A stretch of DNA of 64,000 nucleotides, taken from an uncultured Verrucomicrobiae bacterium (lineage in GTDB: Bacteria; Chlamydiota; Chlamydiia; Chlamydiales; Rhabdochlamydiaceae). The notes beneath the pieces were generated by a model, which saw only the letters and a list, made by a program, of their open reading frames with translations, was not told the origin of the DNA and did not search any database. The stretch spans positions 1,248,001 through 1,312,000 of the forward strand of contig CAWDYW010000001.1 in assembly GCA_963806855.1 (NCBI GenBank), given 5' to 3'. Shown here piece by piece: positions 41,165 to 51,737 of this stretch. How positions within the stretch are numbered: position 1 is the first letter of the stretch; every line of letters starts with the position of its first letter. The position numbers and the translations under genes are program-made.

Positions 41165-42754
41165 ATGCGATTACTAATACCCTTATGCCTAGCACTTTTA
41201 GCTCTCGGTGGCTGTAAGAAAAAAATGAGCCCAATCGATGAGAATAAGCAGATTTTGAGGCTCAATATCCATACTGAGCCCCCCACTCTTGACGCCCGGA
41301 AAGCGACCGACACCTCTTCGATCGGGGTGATCCACATGTGCTTTGAGGGGCTTTTGAAGCGGGGCAGAGGGGGAGAAATCCAGCCTGCGATTGCACAAGA
41401 AGTCAAAATTTCTGATGATAAAAAAATTTATACATTCATCCTCCGGCCAGCAAAATGGTGGGATGGCAAGCCGGTCACCGCCCGAGATTTCGAGATGACT
41501 TGGAAGACAATTCTCGATCCGAAATTTCCTTCCGGCTTTGCCCATGACCTGTATGTCTTGAAGAATGGACATGAGGCGAGAATGGGGAATGTTCCTCTCG
41601 AAGCAGTAGGAGTAAAAGCGCTCGATGCAAGGACCCTTCAGGTTGAGCTGGAGCATCCAATCCCCTATTTTATGGATCTAGTTGCCTCGCACTCTTTTTT
41701 AGCCGTGCCGCAACATATTACGTCGATCGACCCTAAATGGGCTGATGGAAGCGGTCCCCATTTTGTCGGCAACGGCCCCTATAAATTGGCAAAGTGGAAA
41801 CATCACAATTTTATCCGGCTCGAAAAAAATGATCAGTATTGGGATCAAGAAACGGTCACTCTGACAGAGATCGACATGAGCATTATCGAAGATTCGACCA
41901 CTGAGCTTAATATGTTTGAAGCAGGAGAACTCGATTGGGCTGGATATCCTCTCTCTCAATTGCCCACTGACGCGCTCCAAGCATTGTCGAGTAATGGCCG
42001 TCTTCAGTCTTATCCTTTATCGGGCACCTATTACTACGTTTTTAATACCAAGGTTCCCCCATTTGACAACCTCAATTTACGTAAGGCCTTTGCTCTAGCA
42101 ATCAACAGGACCGCAATTATTCAAAACATTACTCAGTCAGACCAGACTCCAGCGACAAGCCTAATCCCCCCGACTATCTGGAAAGTGGATAGCTATTTTA
42201 GAGATAATGACGTTGAAGAGGCCCGCCGCCTATTTGCAATCGCGTTAAAGGAAATGGGATGTACTCCTGAGACGCTCCCTAGAATCACTTTAATTTACAA
42301 TTCCTGTGAAAACCACCACAAAATTGCCCAGGCGATTCAAGAGCAGTGGTTCCAGGCATTTGGAATCCGGGTCAAATTGGCCAACAAAGAATGGAAAGTG
42401 TTTCTCGATGAGCTTTCCCACAAGCAATTTCAGGTAGCACGAATGGGAGGAATTGCTGGCTTTAATGACCCAATAACCTTTTTTGACCAGTACAAATATC
42501 CTAATAGCACAAATTATACAGGATGGAGCAATCCTCAATTCACTGCACTTTTGGAGAAAGCTGAACGGACCGCAATCCCTGAGGAACGGGAGAAGCTGAT
42601 GCGAGAGGCTGAGAGAATTTTCATTTCTGAAATGCCGATCGTACCGATTTACTATTATACTGGAACTTATATCAAAAAGAATTATGTTAAAGGGATTGAA
42701 TTAACAGAATTTAGCCATGGCGATTTTAAATTTGCCTTTTTAGAGGCGCAATGA
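41165..42754 (+). CDS. oppA: oligopeptide ABC transporter substrate-binding lipoprotein
   Basis: Lipobox LGGC; TLD, FEGL and NGPY motifs. Confidence 0.93.
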   Translation: MRLLIPLCLALLALGGCKKKMSPIDENKQILRLNIHTEPPTLDARKATDTSSIGVIHMCFEGLLKRGRGGEIQPAIAQEVKISDDKKIYTFILRPAKWWDGKPVTARDFEMTWKTILDPKFPSGFAHDLYVLKNGHEARMGNVPLEAVGVKALDARTLQVELEHPIPYFMDLVASHSFLAVPQHITSIDPKWADGSGPHFVGNGPYKLAKWKHHNFIRLEKNDQYWDQETVTLTEIDMSIIEDSTTELNMFEAGELDWAGYPLSQLPTDALQALSSNGRLQSYPLSGTYYYVFNTKVPPFDNLNLRKAFALAINRTAIIQNITQSDQTPATSLIPPTIWKVDSYFRDNDVEEARRLFAIALKEMGCTPETLPRITLIYNSCENHHKIAQAIQEQWFQAFGIRVKLANKEWKVFLDELSHKQFQVARMGGIAGFNDPITFFDQYKYPNSTNYTGWSNPQFTALLEKAERTAIPEEREKLMREAERIFISEMPIVPIYYYTGTYIKKNYVKGIELTEFSHGDFKFAFLEAQ

Positions 42755-43686
42755 CCCAGTTTTTACTGAAGAAAATCTTTATCCTAATCGTCTCACTCTT
42801 CGTGGTGGCAACCCTCACCTTTGCCCTCATGCAGATGATTCCTGGCGATCCTTTCACACAAGAAAAAGCGGTGCCAGAAGAGATTCTCAAAGCGATGTAC
42901 CGGCACTATGGTCTCGATCAACCTTGGTATGTCCAATACTGGCGTTACATTAAGGGGCTCGTCACTTTCGACCTGGGGCCCTCGTTTAAATACCAAGGAC
43001 GGACCGTCAGCGAGATCATTCGGGAGGGATTCCCCGTCTCGATGACCCTTGGACTTGAGGCTCTGCTGCTGTCGGTCTTTGCTGGAATTGGCCTCGGATG
43101 CATCGCATCGCTCAAGCACGCAAAATGGCAAGACCACTTCACGATGGTCATAGCAGTGCTCGGCATCTCGGTTCCAAGTTTCATTTTGGCCACCTTCCTC
43201 CAATATTTCTTTGCAATGAAGCTCGATCTGTTGCCCGTTGCCCGCTGGGGCAGTTTCGACCATTCCATTTTGCCTGCTCTTGCATTAGCTGCTCTGCCGA
43301 CCGCCTTTATCGCCCGTCTAACCCGTTCGAATATGGTCGAGATCATGCAGCAAGACTATATCCAAACAGCCCAATCAAAGGGACTCAATTCCTTCCAAAT
43401 CATCTTCCGCCACTGCCTGCGCAACGCCCTCTTGCCGATCGTCACCTACTTAGGCCCTTTAACGACCGCGATCCTCACCGGAAGCTTTGCAGTGGAAAAA
43501 ATTTTCGGAATTCCTGGCCTTGGCCAATGGTTTGTCATGAGCATCACCAACCGCGATTACACAGTGATCATGGGGACAACGGTATTTTATAGTGCGATTT
43601 TGATGTTGAGCGTATTTCTAGTGGATGTTCTCTATTGCTTCATCGATCCCCGCATTAAACTGATAGATAGAAAAGTGCGAGTATGA
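42751..43686 (+). CDS. oppB: oligopeptide ABC permease
   Basis: PGDP, DLGPS and EKIFGIPGLG motifs. Confidence 0.93.
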   Translation: MTQFLLKKIFILIVSLFVVATLTFALMQMIPGDPFTQEKAVPEEILKAMYRHYGLDQPWYVQYWRYIKGLVTFDLGPSFKYQGRTVSEIIREGFPVSMTLGLEALLLSVFAGIGLGCIASLKHAKWQDHFTMVIAVLGISVPSFILATFLQYFFAMKLDLLPVARWGSFDHSILPALALAALPTAFIARLTRSNMVEIMQQDYIQTAQSKGLNSFQIIFRHCLRNALLPIVTYLGPLTTAILTGSFAVEKIFGIPGLGQWFVMSITNRDYTVIMGTTVFYSAILMLSVFLVDVLYCFIDPRIKLIDRKVRV

Positions 43687-44600
43687 CTAAGAAAGTTCCC
43701 CAGATTCTTGAATCCATTGACGGCTCGATTCGTTTCAACCCGAATATCTCGGCAGAACACTTTAACTATTGGCAAGATAGCTGGCGACGCCTTAAAACCA
43801 ACAAGATGGCGATGATCGGCTTTTATGCCCTCGTCGTCTTAATCTTCATGGCGATTGTTGGCCCCTTCCTCACCCCGTATACCTACTACGAGACCCATCT
43901 CCATCTGAAAAATTCCTCACCATCGACCCAATTTTGGTTTGGTACCGATGAGCTAGGGCGCGATTTGTTTACCCGCGTTTGGTGGGGAGCCCGGATCTCG
44001 CTGCTCGTTGGGATCGCCGCTTCGCTGATCGACCTAGTCATCGGCGTCTTTTATGGATCGCTAGCAGCCTCTTTTGGTGGCAAGATCGAAGAGCTCATGA
44101 TGCGGGTGGCCGATATTCTCTATTCTATCCCCTATTTGCTTGTTGTGATTCTGCTCATGGTCGTGATCGGCTCGGGGATTGGCACGATTATCCTCGCTTT
44201 GACCATCACCGGTTGGATCAGCATGGCCCGTATCGTCCGTGGGCAAATTCTTCAACTTAAAGAGCTCGATTTCGTCAAAGCGGCCCACAGCCTTGGCGCC
44301 TCCCGCCTGCGCATTTTGTGGCGTCACTTGATCCCGAATGCCATCGGCTCGATCATCATCACAGTGACCCTCACCATCCCGACTGCGATTTTCGCCGAAG
44401 CCTTTCTCAGCTTCTTGGGACTCGGTGTGCAAGCGCCGATTGCCAGCTGGGGCACCATGGCTAACGATGGCCTGCCGGCGCTCCGCTACTACCCGTGGCG
44501 CCTCTTTTTTCCTGCCGGATTCATCAGCATCACCATGCTCAGCTTCAATCTCCTCGGAGATGGATTGCGCGACGCCTTTGACCCGAGGTTGCGTATATGA
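43683..44600 (+). CDS. oppC: oligopeptide ABC permease
   Basis: FGTDELGRD and GDGLRDAFDP motifs. Confidence 0.93.
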   Translation: MTKKVPQILESIDGSIRFNPNISAEHFNYWQDSWRRLKTNKMAMIGFYALVVLIFMAIVGPFLTPYTYYETHLHLKNSSPSTQFWFGTDELGRDLFTRVWWGARISLLVGIAASLIDLVIGVFYGSLAASFGGKIEELMMRVADILYSIPYLLVVILLMVVIGSGIGTIILALTITGWISMARIVRGQILQLKELDFVKAAHSLGASRLRILWRHLIPNAIGSIIITVTLTIPTAIFAEAFLSFLGLGVQAPIASWGTMANDGLPALRYYPWRLFFPAGFISITMLSFNLLGDGLRDAFDPRLRI

Positions 44601-45583
44601 CTCCCCTTCTTTCGGTTAAAGACCTCCACGTCACTTTCAAAGTGCAAAAACAGCTGCTCCAGGCTGTGCGGGGAGTCACTTTTAACCTCTATGAAGAGGA
44701 GATTCTCGGCATCGTCGGTGAGTCGGGCTGCGGGAAAAGCGCGACTGCCAAAGCGCTCGTCCGCCTTCTGCCAGCCCATTCGAGCATTATCTCTGGTGAG
44801 GTGATCTACAAAGGGGAAAATCTCCTTTCCTACGACGATCGGAAGATGCAAAAAGTCCGAGGAAAAGAGCTCGGCATGATCTTCCAAGATCCAATGACCT
44901 CTCTCAATCCAACGATGAAAATTGGGGATCAGATCATCGAAGGCTATCTGCACCATACCAAAAACACCACTCAAAAAGAGGCCAAGGCCTATGCGATCCA
45001 ACTCCTTGAACTGGTCGGAATCCCCCAAGCTTTCACCAGGATCGACCAATACCCCCATACCTTAAGCGGCGGGATGCGTCAACGGGTGATGATCGCCCTT
45101 GCGCTCGCTGCGAAGCCCAAAATCATCATCGCCGACGAACCGACCACTGCGCTTGACGTCACCATCCAGGCCCAAATTCTCGACCTGATGCAAGAGATAA
45201 AGAGGAAAACGGGGACCAGCTTCATCCTGATAACCCACGACATGAGCGTTGTCGCGGGCTATTGCGATAGGGTCCTGGTGATGTATTCGGGCAAAGTGAT
45301 CGAAAAAGCCACGGTTGAGCAGCTCTTTGCCAGCCCCACCCATCCCTACACTCAAGGACTGCTCCAATCGATTCCCCGACTTGATATGTCTCCCGATCAG
45401 CCGCTCATCCCGATCGAGGGATCCCCTCCCAGTGCGATGGAATTGATCTCCGGCTGTGCTTTCTGCAGTCGCTGTAAATATGCAACGGATACCTGCAAGA
45501 AAGAAGATCCCCGCTTGAGAGAGATAAAGCAAGGGCACTTGCTCGCCTGCTGGAATAGAGGAATTGATGGAACCGTTAATTAA
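44597..45583 (+). CDS. oppD: oligopeptide ABC ATPase
   Basis: GESGCGKS, LSGGMRQR and HPYT motifs. Confidence 0.93.
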   Translation: MTPLLSVKDLHVTFKVQKQLLQAVRGVTFNLYEEEILGIVGESGCGKSATAKALVRLLPAHSSIISGEVIYKGENLLSYDDRKMQKVRGKELGMIFQDPMTSLNPTMKIGDQIIEGYLHHTKNTTQKEAKAYAIQLLELVGIPQAFTRIDQYPHTLSGGMRQRVMIALALAAKPKIIIADEPTTALDVTIQAQILDLMQEIKRKTGTSFILITHDMSVVAGYCDRVLVMYSGKVIEKATVEQLFASPTHPYTQGLLQSIPRLDMSPDQPLIPIEGSPPSAMELISGCAFCSRCKYATDTCKKEDPRLREIKQGHLLACWNRGIDGTVN

Positions 45584-46574
45584 GATTCGCAACCTCAAGA
45601 AGTACTACAGCCAAGATAGCAAGATCGTTAAAGCTATCGACGGCATCTCGCTTGATATTTTTCCTGGAGAGACCCTCGGACTTGTCGGTGAGAGCGGTTG
45701 TGGAAAATCGACAGTCGCTCGCTGCCTCCTAGGACTCTCCTCTCTCACAAGCGGCACAATCGAATTCGAGGGGAAATCGATCCCCGACCTGAAAGGAAAA
45801 GAGCTCAAAGCATTCCGTCGGCAGGCTGGAATGATCTTCCAAGACCCCTACGCTTCACTCAACCCACGGATGACCGCTGGCGATATCATCGCTGAGCCCC
45901 TCGAAATCCATAAACTCATTAAAGGGGAAGCGAAACAAAAACGGATCGAAGAGCTCCTCGGCCTAGTTGGCTTGCCTCTGGGAAGCGTTTCGCGCTATCC
46001 CCACGAGTTTAGCGGCGGCCAAAAACAGCGGATCGGCATCGCCCGCGCCCTCTCCATGCACCCCCGCTTCATCATCTGCGATGAACCGATCTCAGCTCTC
46101 GACGTCTCAGTTCAGGCCCAAATCATCAACCTGCTAAAAAAATTGCAGAAAGAGATCGGCCTCACCTACCTCTTCATCGCCCACGATTTGCGCATTGTGA
46201 AATATCTCTCCACCCGCGTTGCTGTTATGTATTTGGGGCAGATTATGGAGATCTCCTCCTCGGAAGCCTTATATAAGAATCCGCTCCACCCCTATACCCA
46301 AGCCCTCCTGTCGTCTATCCCGATTCCCGACCCCGCAATTGAAAGATCACGCAAGAGAATCATATTGCGCGGCGAAGTGCCCAGCCCGCTTACCCCCCCC
46401 AAGGGATGTCCCTTCGTCACCCGCTGCCCGCACGCCACCCCCACCTGCCACTACGTCCGTCCCGAACTCAAAGAGATCAACCCCGGCCACCTCGCCGCCT
46501 GCCATCTCTTGAAAGGGATCGATCCATCACCTCTGGTCCAAATCCAACCAACAACTGAAACAGCCGTCGAATAG
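45567..46574 (+). CDS. oppF: oligopeptide ABC ATPase
   Basis: GESGCGKS, FSGGQKQR and HPYT motifs. Confidence 0.93.
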   Translation: MEPLIKIRNLKKYYSQDSKIVKAIDGISLDIFPGETLGLVGESGCGKSTVARCLLGLSSLTSGTIEFEGKSIPDLKGKELKAFRRQAGMIFQDPYASLNPRMTAGDIIAEPLEIHKLIKGEAKQKRIEELLGLVGLPLGSVSRYPHEFSGGQKQRIGIARALSMHPRFIICDEPISALDVSVQAQIINLLKKLQKEIGLTYLFIAHDLRIVKYLSTRVAVMYLGQIMEISSSEALYKNPLHPYTQALLSSIPIPDPAIERSRKRIILRGEVPSPLTPPKGCPFVTRCPHATPTCHYVRPELKEINPGHLAACHLLKGIDPSPLVQIQPTTETAVE

Positions 46575-46607
46575 CCCATAAGTCGGCACATGTTATTTGG
46601 GTTACTT

Positions 46608-46874
46608 GGGAACGTCTCAGAAAACGGAAAAAAATCGTACCCAAAGACTCGGGCAATGATCGTTGCAGCCTAAACTTGCCTGCATGGAATCCGGCAATTT
46701 GAGATGCGCTACCAATTCCTTGTATTATCGAGGAGGGTCATGGGGCAATGCGTTACTGCAATACCAGTCGCCTCTGAGCCCGGAACACATCAACCTAACT
46801 GGCGACTATCTCTGGCATGGCGGTACCGAGGTCGGTGTCTTAGCATAAGATTTTTTACAAATTCTAGACGACCC
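46608..46874 (+). mobile_element. Tn3-derived inverted-repeat miniature element (TIME-like, ~266 bp)
   Basis: Left gggaacgtctcagaaaacggaaaaaaatcgtac and right cttagcataagattttttacaaattctagacgaccc resemble Tn21/Tn3 38-bp IRs; interior encodes the Tn3 TnpA C-terminal remnant SPLSPEHINLTGDYLW. Confidence 0.8.
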
Positions 46875-46958
46875 AGAAAGAATGCCCCGCGGTAAGGCTC
46901 AATTTCGTGTGAGTCGCTTCCTTCAGGACTTGCAAACTATAATACATTGGTTATTAGG
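46782..46958 (+). repeat. 177-bp direct repeat, left copy
   Basis: Matches 53685-53861 with 6 substitutions counted by eye. Confidence 0.92.
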
Positions 46959-47099
46959 CAGTTATACAAAGATATATTATCAGACGCTGAATGGATATGT
47001 CGAACGAGAGAAGGCTTATCCAGGAACCATAACTACAATCACTTTGAATTAATACTTTACAGCGCTAACATACTCCTTTTCTCAAAAGGAAGGATCTCT

Positions 47100-48344
47100 A
47101 TGTTATTGGGAAAGCCCTGGGAGACTGTATCTGCCACAGATTTAGAACGCCTAGTCGAAGAAGGTATTCATGAAGGGGTTCGGCTCGATTTTAATCGGGC
47201 ATTCCCCACAAAAAAACCTCAACCAGATCCTACTTCGACTAAAACCTCTCCGGCTGAAGAATGGCTTGGAATCTGTAAAGTAGCAGCGGCTTTTGCCAAT
47301 ACAAAGGGGGGAATTCTTGCGGTAGGCATAGATGAAGAAAACGGAATAGCTACAGGGATAGAAGGCATTGAAATAATCGATTGGGAAAGACTCCGTCAAG
47401 AAATACTGCAAAAGCTAAGAAGTAACATTTCACCGCCTCTAAATGACCCATATTTATTCAATGTCCTTTTGCCTTCTGGGAAAAGTGTAGTAATAATAGA
47501 AATCGCTTCATCTTTAAGAGCTCCTCATTTAGTTCGGGTCAACACAGGGATTAACGTATTTTACAAGCGAATAGAGGCCAGGGTCATCGACATGAGTATC
47601 GAGGAAATTCGAGAAGCGTTTTCAAAAATAGAGACCTGGAAAGAAAAAGCAGAGGCTTTGAGAATCGAGAGAATTAATCTGTCCTTTTCTGATGATGCCG
47701 GACCTTTTGCTCTTTCTCCTCCCGCTTTTTTCTTCCATCTAATTCCCCTGGGGCCTCGAGATCAGACCCTGCAATTCGGAAATAGCGATGTGCGGGGTGA
47801 ATTCTCCTCAACGGTTACAGAATGTGAGAAAAAAAATGGGGGAAAGCTTTTTTATCCCCCAGAGAAATTATGTTTTGAGGGACTCCTTTTTAAAAGAGAA
47901 CTTTCTGACGAACATGTTCAACATCTTTTAATTGGTCGTGATGGCGCAATTGAATTAGCTGGTCATTGCGGGGACTTTCAAGAGGAAACAGTACTTGCTC
48001 AAGTTGCTTGGGAAAAGACCGGGCTTGATTTTCTTGCTCATATTTTGCCTCTTCTCCTTAAACACGAGATATACCCTCCCTTCTTGCTTTGTTACTCTAT
48101 CGTTGGAGTAAAAAACCGGAAGCTTAGGATTAGATACCCCATTCCAATCATCGGAGAGTCCGTTACTCGAACCGGATTGTCTCGTGATAAATACCTTTTA
48201 CCAGCCGTGTACATAGACTCACTACCATCCGCAAGAGATAGCAAAATTCTGCTGGAGAACCTTAAACAACTCTACCAACCCTTTTTTGATATGATCTGGA
48301 ACGATGTCGGCAGAGAACACTCCCCCAATGTTTTAACTCATTGA
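47100..48344 (+). CDS. Schlafen/AlbA_2 domain protein
   Basis: EGVRLDF...AAFANTKGGILAVGIDE...PH motifs; ATG at 47100 with AGGA SD. Confidence 0.82.
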   Translation: MLLGKPWETVSATDLERLVEEGIHEGVRLDFNRAFPTKKPQPDPTSTKTSPAEEWLGICKVAAAFANTKGGILAVGIDEENGIATGIEGIEIIDWERLRQEILQKLRSNISPPLNDPYLFNVLLPSGKSVVIIEIASSLRAPHLVRVNTGINVFYKRIEARVIDMSIEEIREAFSKIETWKEKAEALRIERINLSFSDDAGPFALSPPAFFFHLIPLGPRDQTLQFGNSDVRGEFSSTVTECEKKNGGKLFYPPEKLCFEGLLFKRELSDEHVQHLLIGRDGAIELAGHCGDFQEETVLAQVAWEKTGLDFLAHILPLLLKHEIYPPFLLCYSIVGVKNRKLRIRYPIPIIGESVTRTGLSRDKYLLPAVYIDSLPSARDSKILLENLKQLYQPFFDMIWNDVGREHSPNVLTH

Positions 48345-48385
48345 ATAGAGATGTAGGGATCTAGGGACGGCCGAGAAAGGATCTT

Positions 48386-50254
48386 TCAATAGCCTGAGCC
48401 ATTCCTTCCCCAAGCGTCCCATATCCATCCAGGAAGGGACTCGTATTTTTCTTTCTCTTCTATCGACAAGGTCCCTGCCTTCTTTTTTTGACGAATTCTT
48501 GAAACATGTAACCCCAGTGAAACGCCATCTTCGATATGTTTAATAGGCGGACAGGCGTTGTTTGTTCGAGCAACGTATTTCAGCAAAGCGGGATAATAAG
48601 GATCTTCGGGATCCTTAAAAAACCCTGGGGCTAAATTTTCTATAACAACTTTAGAATCAATTGAAGAAGGGTACTTCTCAAAACCCTCAAGAACTCTTCT
48701 CTTCAACTCACGAATATTCTTAGGCAAATCTTGAATGAATGGTCCATTTTTCTCAAAGTAAGAAATCAGTTCTTTTATTTTTTGAATATGAGCAGCTTCA
48801 AAAGCATGCCATGCCCACTTATCACCCAATCCATTTAGATACTCTAAAACAGGTTTTTCTAACCTTTCCCGACTTCCTCGTAAATCCGAAATTTTCTGGC
48901 CTAATAAACAACCATCGGGGGTGACATAATCTTGAGGAACTAAAGCATCCCCATTCTTCTCGATATATGATTCAATTTGCGGCTTAATCTCCCTAAAGAA
49001 TACTCGGACTTGATGGGGGTCAAAGAAAAGAGGATCGATTGCAATCAGTCGCGCTTTGTAGAGATCATTAATTTTCTTACCGCCTCTTAGTTTCTTATAC
49101 CACTCGGCTAGGTCAAAATCCCCTATTCGACAAATTTCAGGGATCAACCTTACTCCGCCCTTTTCCACAAATTGAGTGTAGCAATCTAGGCCGTCTTGAA
49201 GATATTTGGCATTTTCTGCCTTGAGATCTCTTAACTCCTTTCGGAAGTTAGGGATACTCATAATCTGCGCTAAAAACTCCCCATCAACAGACTCGGGATG
49301 ATTTTTAATCTTATTTCGGAGATTATCCAATCGGATTATATACTTTTCTCCGAGGTGGAAAACAGTTTCCTTGTGCTCCGATTTGGGCACTGTAGTCTTT
49401 TCGCGCGCAGCGAATTGGGTCATGGCCTTTAAAGCCGCAATATTCCATTCTTTTTCAGCGGAGAGGATAAACCCATGACCTAGAAGGCTCGTTTTCTGCT
49501 TTTCGGTAAGGAGCTCCCATTCTTCCTTCTTACGAATGTGCTGTATCCATGAACCGAGATTATATCCGTCTTCTGTAACATAAGTATTGGGAATAAGTTT
49601 TGTGCCGAGTGCTTTGGATTCCTTGGCAAACATCTCGATCCATTCATCAATGGACTGGCTATTATTTCTTACGAACTTTTTGGGATTAAAACCAGGGAGT
49701 TTATGCAAAAGTTCTCTTTTTTCTGGTGATAGAGAGTCGTAGTTCTTCTTTTGGTCGTTTAACCAAGACCCCAGCTTCACTATTCTCCCTTCCACCGTCT
49801 GTTGGTAATTTTTAGGGATCCTGCAGTTACCATGCAATTTTGCATATTCCACAGCTAATCCATAATGGAAATTCCAGCGGATGGATAACTCTTCCCCATG
49901 AGACCGAATCGCATCCCTCAGTTGTTGTAAAGTATCGATGCCACAAGCGTCGCTTGTGTATCTGAGAAATCCATCCAGTGGATGGGTATTCCGGATAATA
50001 CTGATATCGATACATTCAACTTTAATACCCTGCATGTGAAGAGTTTGGCGAACCATCATGCCATAAATTTTATCTGCGATTTCTTGCGCTCGATCAGAAC
50101 CTGTCAGGTTCTCAATAATTGGGATAAATTCTTTTTGAAAGTCCTCATAAACAGAAGCAATATCCCTATTCTCTTTTTTGGCTTCAGCGCTAATTTTGGT
50201 TACAAGTCTATGGCCTTCCTCGATTAAAGATTGAGCAGTTGATTCATCGGGCAC
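48386..50254 (-). CDS. helicase-associated (HA) repeat protein; probable C-terminal half of the upstream helicase
   Basis: Repeated W...L..Y...HG.C..P..Y......LGSW...Q units; frame continues from the helicase across an A9 tract. Confidence 0.75.
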   Translation of the reverse strand: MPDESTAQSLIEEGHRLVTKISAEAKKENRDIASVYEDFQKEFIPIIENLTGSDRAQEIADKIYGMMVRQTLHMQGIKVECIDISIIRNTHPLDGFLRYTSDACGIDTLQQLRDAIRSHGEELSIRWNFHYGLAVEYAKLHGNCRIPKNYQQTVEGRIVKLGSWLNDQKKNYDSLSPEKRELLHKLPGFNPKKFVRNNSQSIDEWIEMFAKESKALGTKLIPNTYVTEDGYNLGSWIQHIRKKEEWELLTEKQKTSLLGHGFILSAEKEWNIAALKAMTQFAAREKTTVPKSEHKETVFHLGEKYIIRLDNLRNKIKNHPESVDGEFLAQIMSIPNFRKELRDLKAENAKYLQDGLDCYTQFVEKGGVRLIPEICRIGDFDLAEWYKKLRGGKKINDLYKARLIAIDPLFFDPHQVRVFFREIKPQIESYIEKNGDALVPQDYVTPDGCLLGQKISDLRGSRERLEKPVLEYLNGLGDKWAWHAFEAAHIQKIKELISYFEKNGPFIQDLPKNIRELKRRVLEGFEKYPSSIDSKVVIENLAPGFFKDPEDPYYPALLKYVARTNNACPPIKHIEDGVSLGLHVSRIRQKKKAGTLSIEEKEKYESLPGWIWDAWGRNGSGY

Positions 50255-50298
50255 AAGATCATTTAGTCTGGAAAAAACTCCCCCTTCTCTGTCAGCTT

Positions 50299-51702
50299 TT
50301 ACATTTTTTTTTCCGATGAGGGAACTAAAATCTTAACTGGTTCAAGTATGTCCTCTAAAAGTAAAGTTGCGCAAATTGCTTTAAAGTAGTTATTCAGTTG
50401 GTCTTGGAACTCACAGCTAGGCTGATCAATAATAAAGGGAAGCAGCTGTATTACTTCTACGTGTTTTTTGCCTTTTGCATCTCGAAAAAGTCGTCCGATC
50501 ATCTGGATGACGTCAACAAAGGAAGCCCTTGGACCTACTATGATGCTTCTATCAGCCCAAATCCAATCCGCTCCCTCTTTAAACATCCCTAAAGCAATTA
50601 TAGTATCAAGAGCTTGGGGATTTTCTTTTAGGACATTCCCTCTGAATAAAGCTTTCTTTTCATCGCGACGATCAATATCCACTAAATCCAGAAGTTTAAA
50701 TTCTTGACCTGAGTTTTCTAGATGAATGAAGACGCTATCAGAATCAGAAATTCTATTGCCATGGACCTTCTCGTACTCACTAACAATACTCTCAACTTCA
50801 CGAGACTTATTCCCCAAGGAAATCCGCGATCTTCGGTGCGGAATGTAGACAATATCCTTACCTTTCCGCTCATTGGCAAGTATTCCAATTGCTTTAGTAT
50901 AATCATAACCGCAAAGTAAGAAATCAAAACTAAATGATTCCAGAAAGTTCATCGACTTAAGATAAACATCGTAAGGCAAATTGTATCGGCTAAATTGGCT
51001 CTCCATTTTTTCTGTAAGAAGGCTGTACCTATCACCGCGGAAGAACGTAGCCGTCGTCAAGCCTATTTGTATATTATCGTCTGCTCGGTGTAATAAATTA
51101 CCGACCATCTCCCCAATCGCATTGCTGATTGGAGGTCCTTCAATTCCTTCTATCTCTGCATTCTTTATGTGATGAGCTTCATCTACCCACAACAGGAGAT
51201 CTTTCATAAGATGAAGACGACCATCTTGTTTTAACTTTTTATATGCAATTACAAGTGCACGGTGAGTGCAAATCAATGTCTTGTCAGGGAGAGCCTCATA
51301 AGAAGCCAGTAGCCAGCTGATGATGTAGTCTGTCGTACTTTTCCCCGCCTTCCTATTACAGAGGTAATGTTTAGGATCCCAATGAACTTCTTCGCCATCT
51401 GCCAGAGTCAATCTTGCTTCAGCAAAACCAGGAGCAATAATTTCCTGGGGAACAGCAATAATGCATCGAAGAATTTTATCTTGTCTCATCTTAAAAGTTG
51501 ATAGAAGGCACATCATCCAGGATTTACCGCTGCCCATAGGAGCATTCATTATCATATAAGAAGCATCTTTCAACATTTCAAAAGCTTCCATCTGCCAAAC
51601 GCGCATAGTAAAGAACCCATCTTCTTTCTCAGTGGTTTCAATATCATTGCGCTGCCAGCTAATATTAAACATTTCCTGGTTTATATTATTTTTTTGGTTC
51701 AT
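50299..51702 (-). CDS. superfamily II (DEAD/DEAH-like) helicase, N-terminal part
   Basis: APMGSGKS, DEAHH, TAT, EGADW and QMIGRLFR motifs. Confidence 0.88.
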   Translation of the reverse strand: MNQKNNINQEMFNISWQRNDIETTEKEDGFFTMRVWQMEAFEMLKDASYMIMNAPMGSGKSWMMCLLSTFKMRQDKILRCIIAVPQEIIAPGFAEARLTLADGEEVHWDPKHYLCNRKAGKSTTDYIISWLLASYEALPDKTLICTHRALVIAYKKLKQDGRLHLMKDLLLWVDEAHHIKNAEIEGIEGPPISNAIGEMVGNLLHRADDNIQIGLTTATFFRGDRYSLLTEKMESQFSRYNLPYDVYLKSMNFLESFSFDFLLCGYDYTKAIGILANERKGKDIVYIPHRRSRISLGNKSREVESIVSEYEKVHGNRISDSDSVFIHLENSGQEFKLLDLVDIDRRDEKKALFRGNVLKENPQALDTIIALGMFKEGADWIWADRSIIVGPRASFVDVIQMIGRLFRDAKGKKHVEVIQLLPFIIDQPSCEFQDQLNNYFKAICATLLLEDILEPVKILVPSSEKKM

Positions 51703-51737
51703 GATTTTTATTCATCCTACGTTACAATTTTTCATTA

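Noticed and set aside
46663..46895. Short ORFs here and at 53583-53798 as real genes
   Set aside because: They are frames across the Tn3 transposase remnant and its IR.
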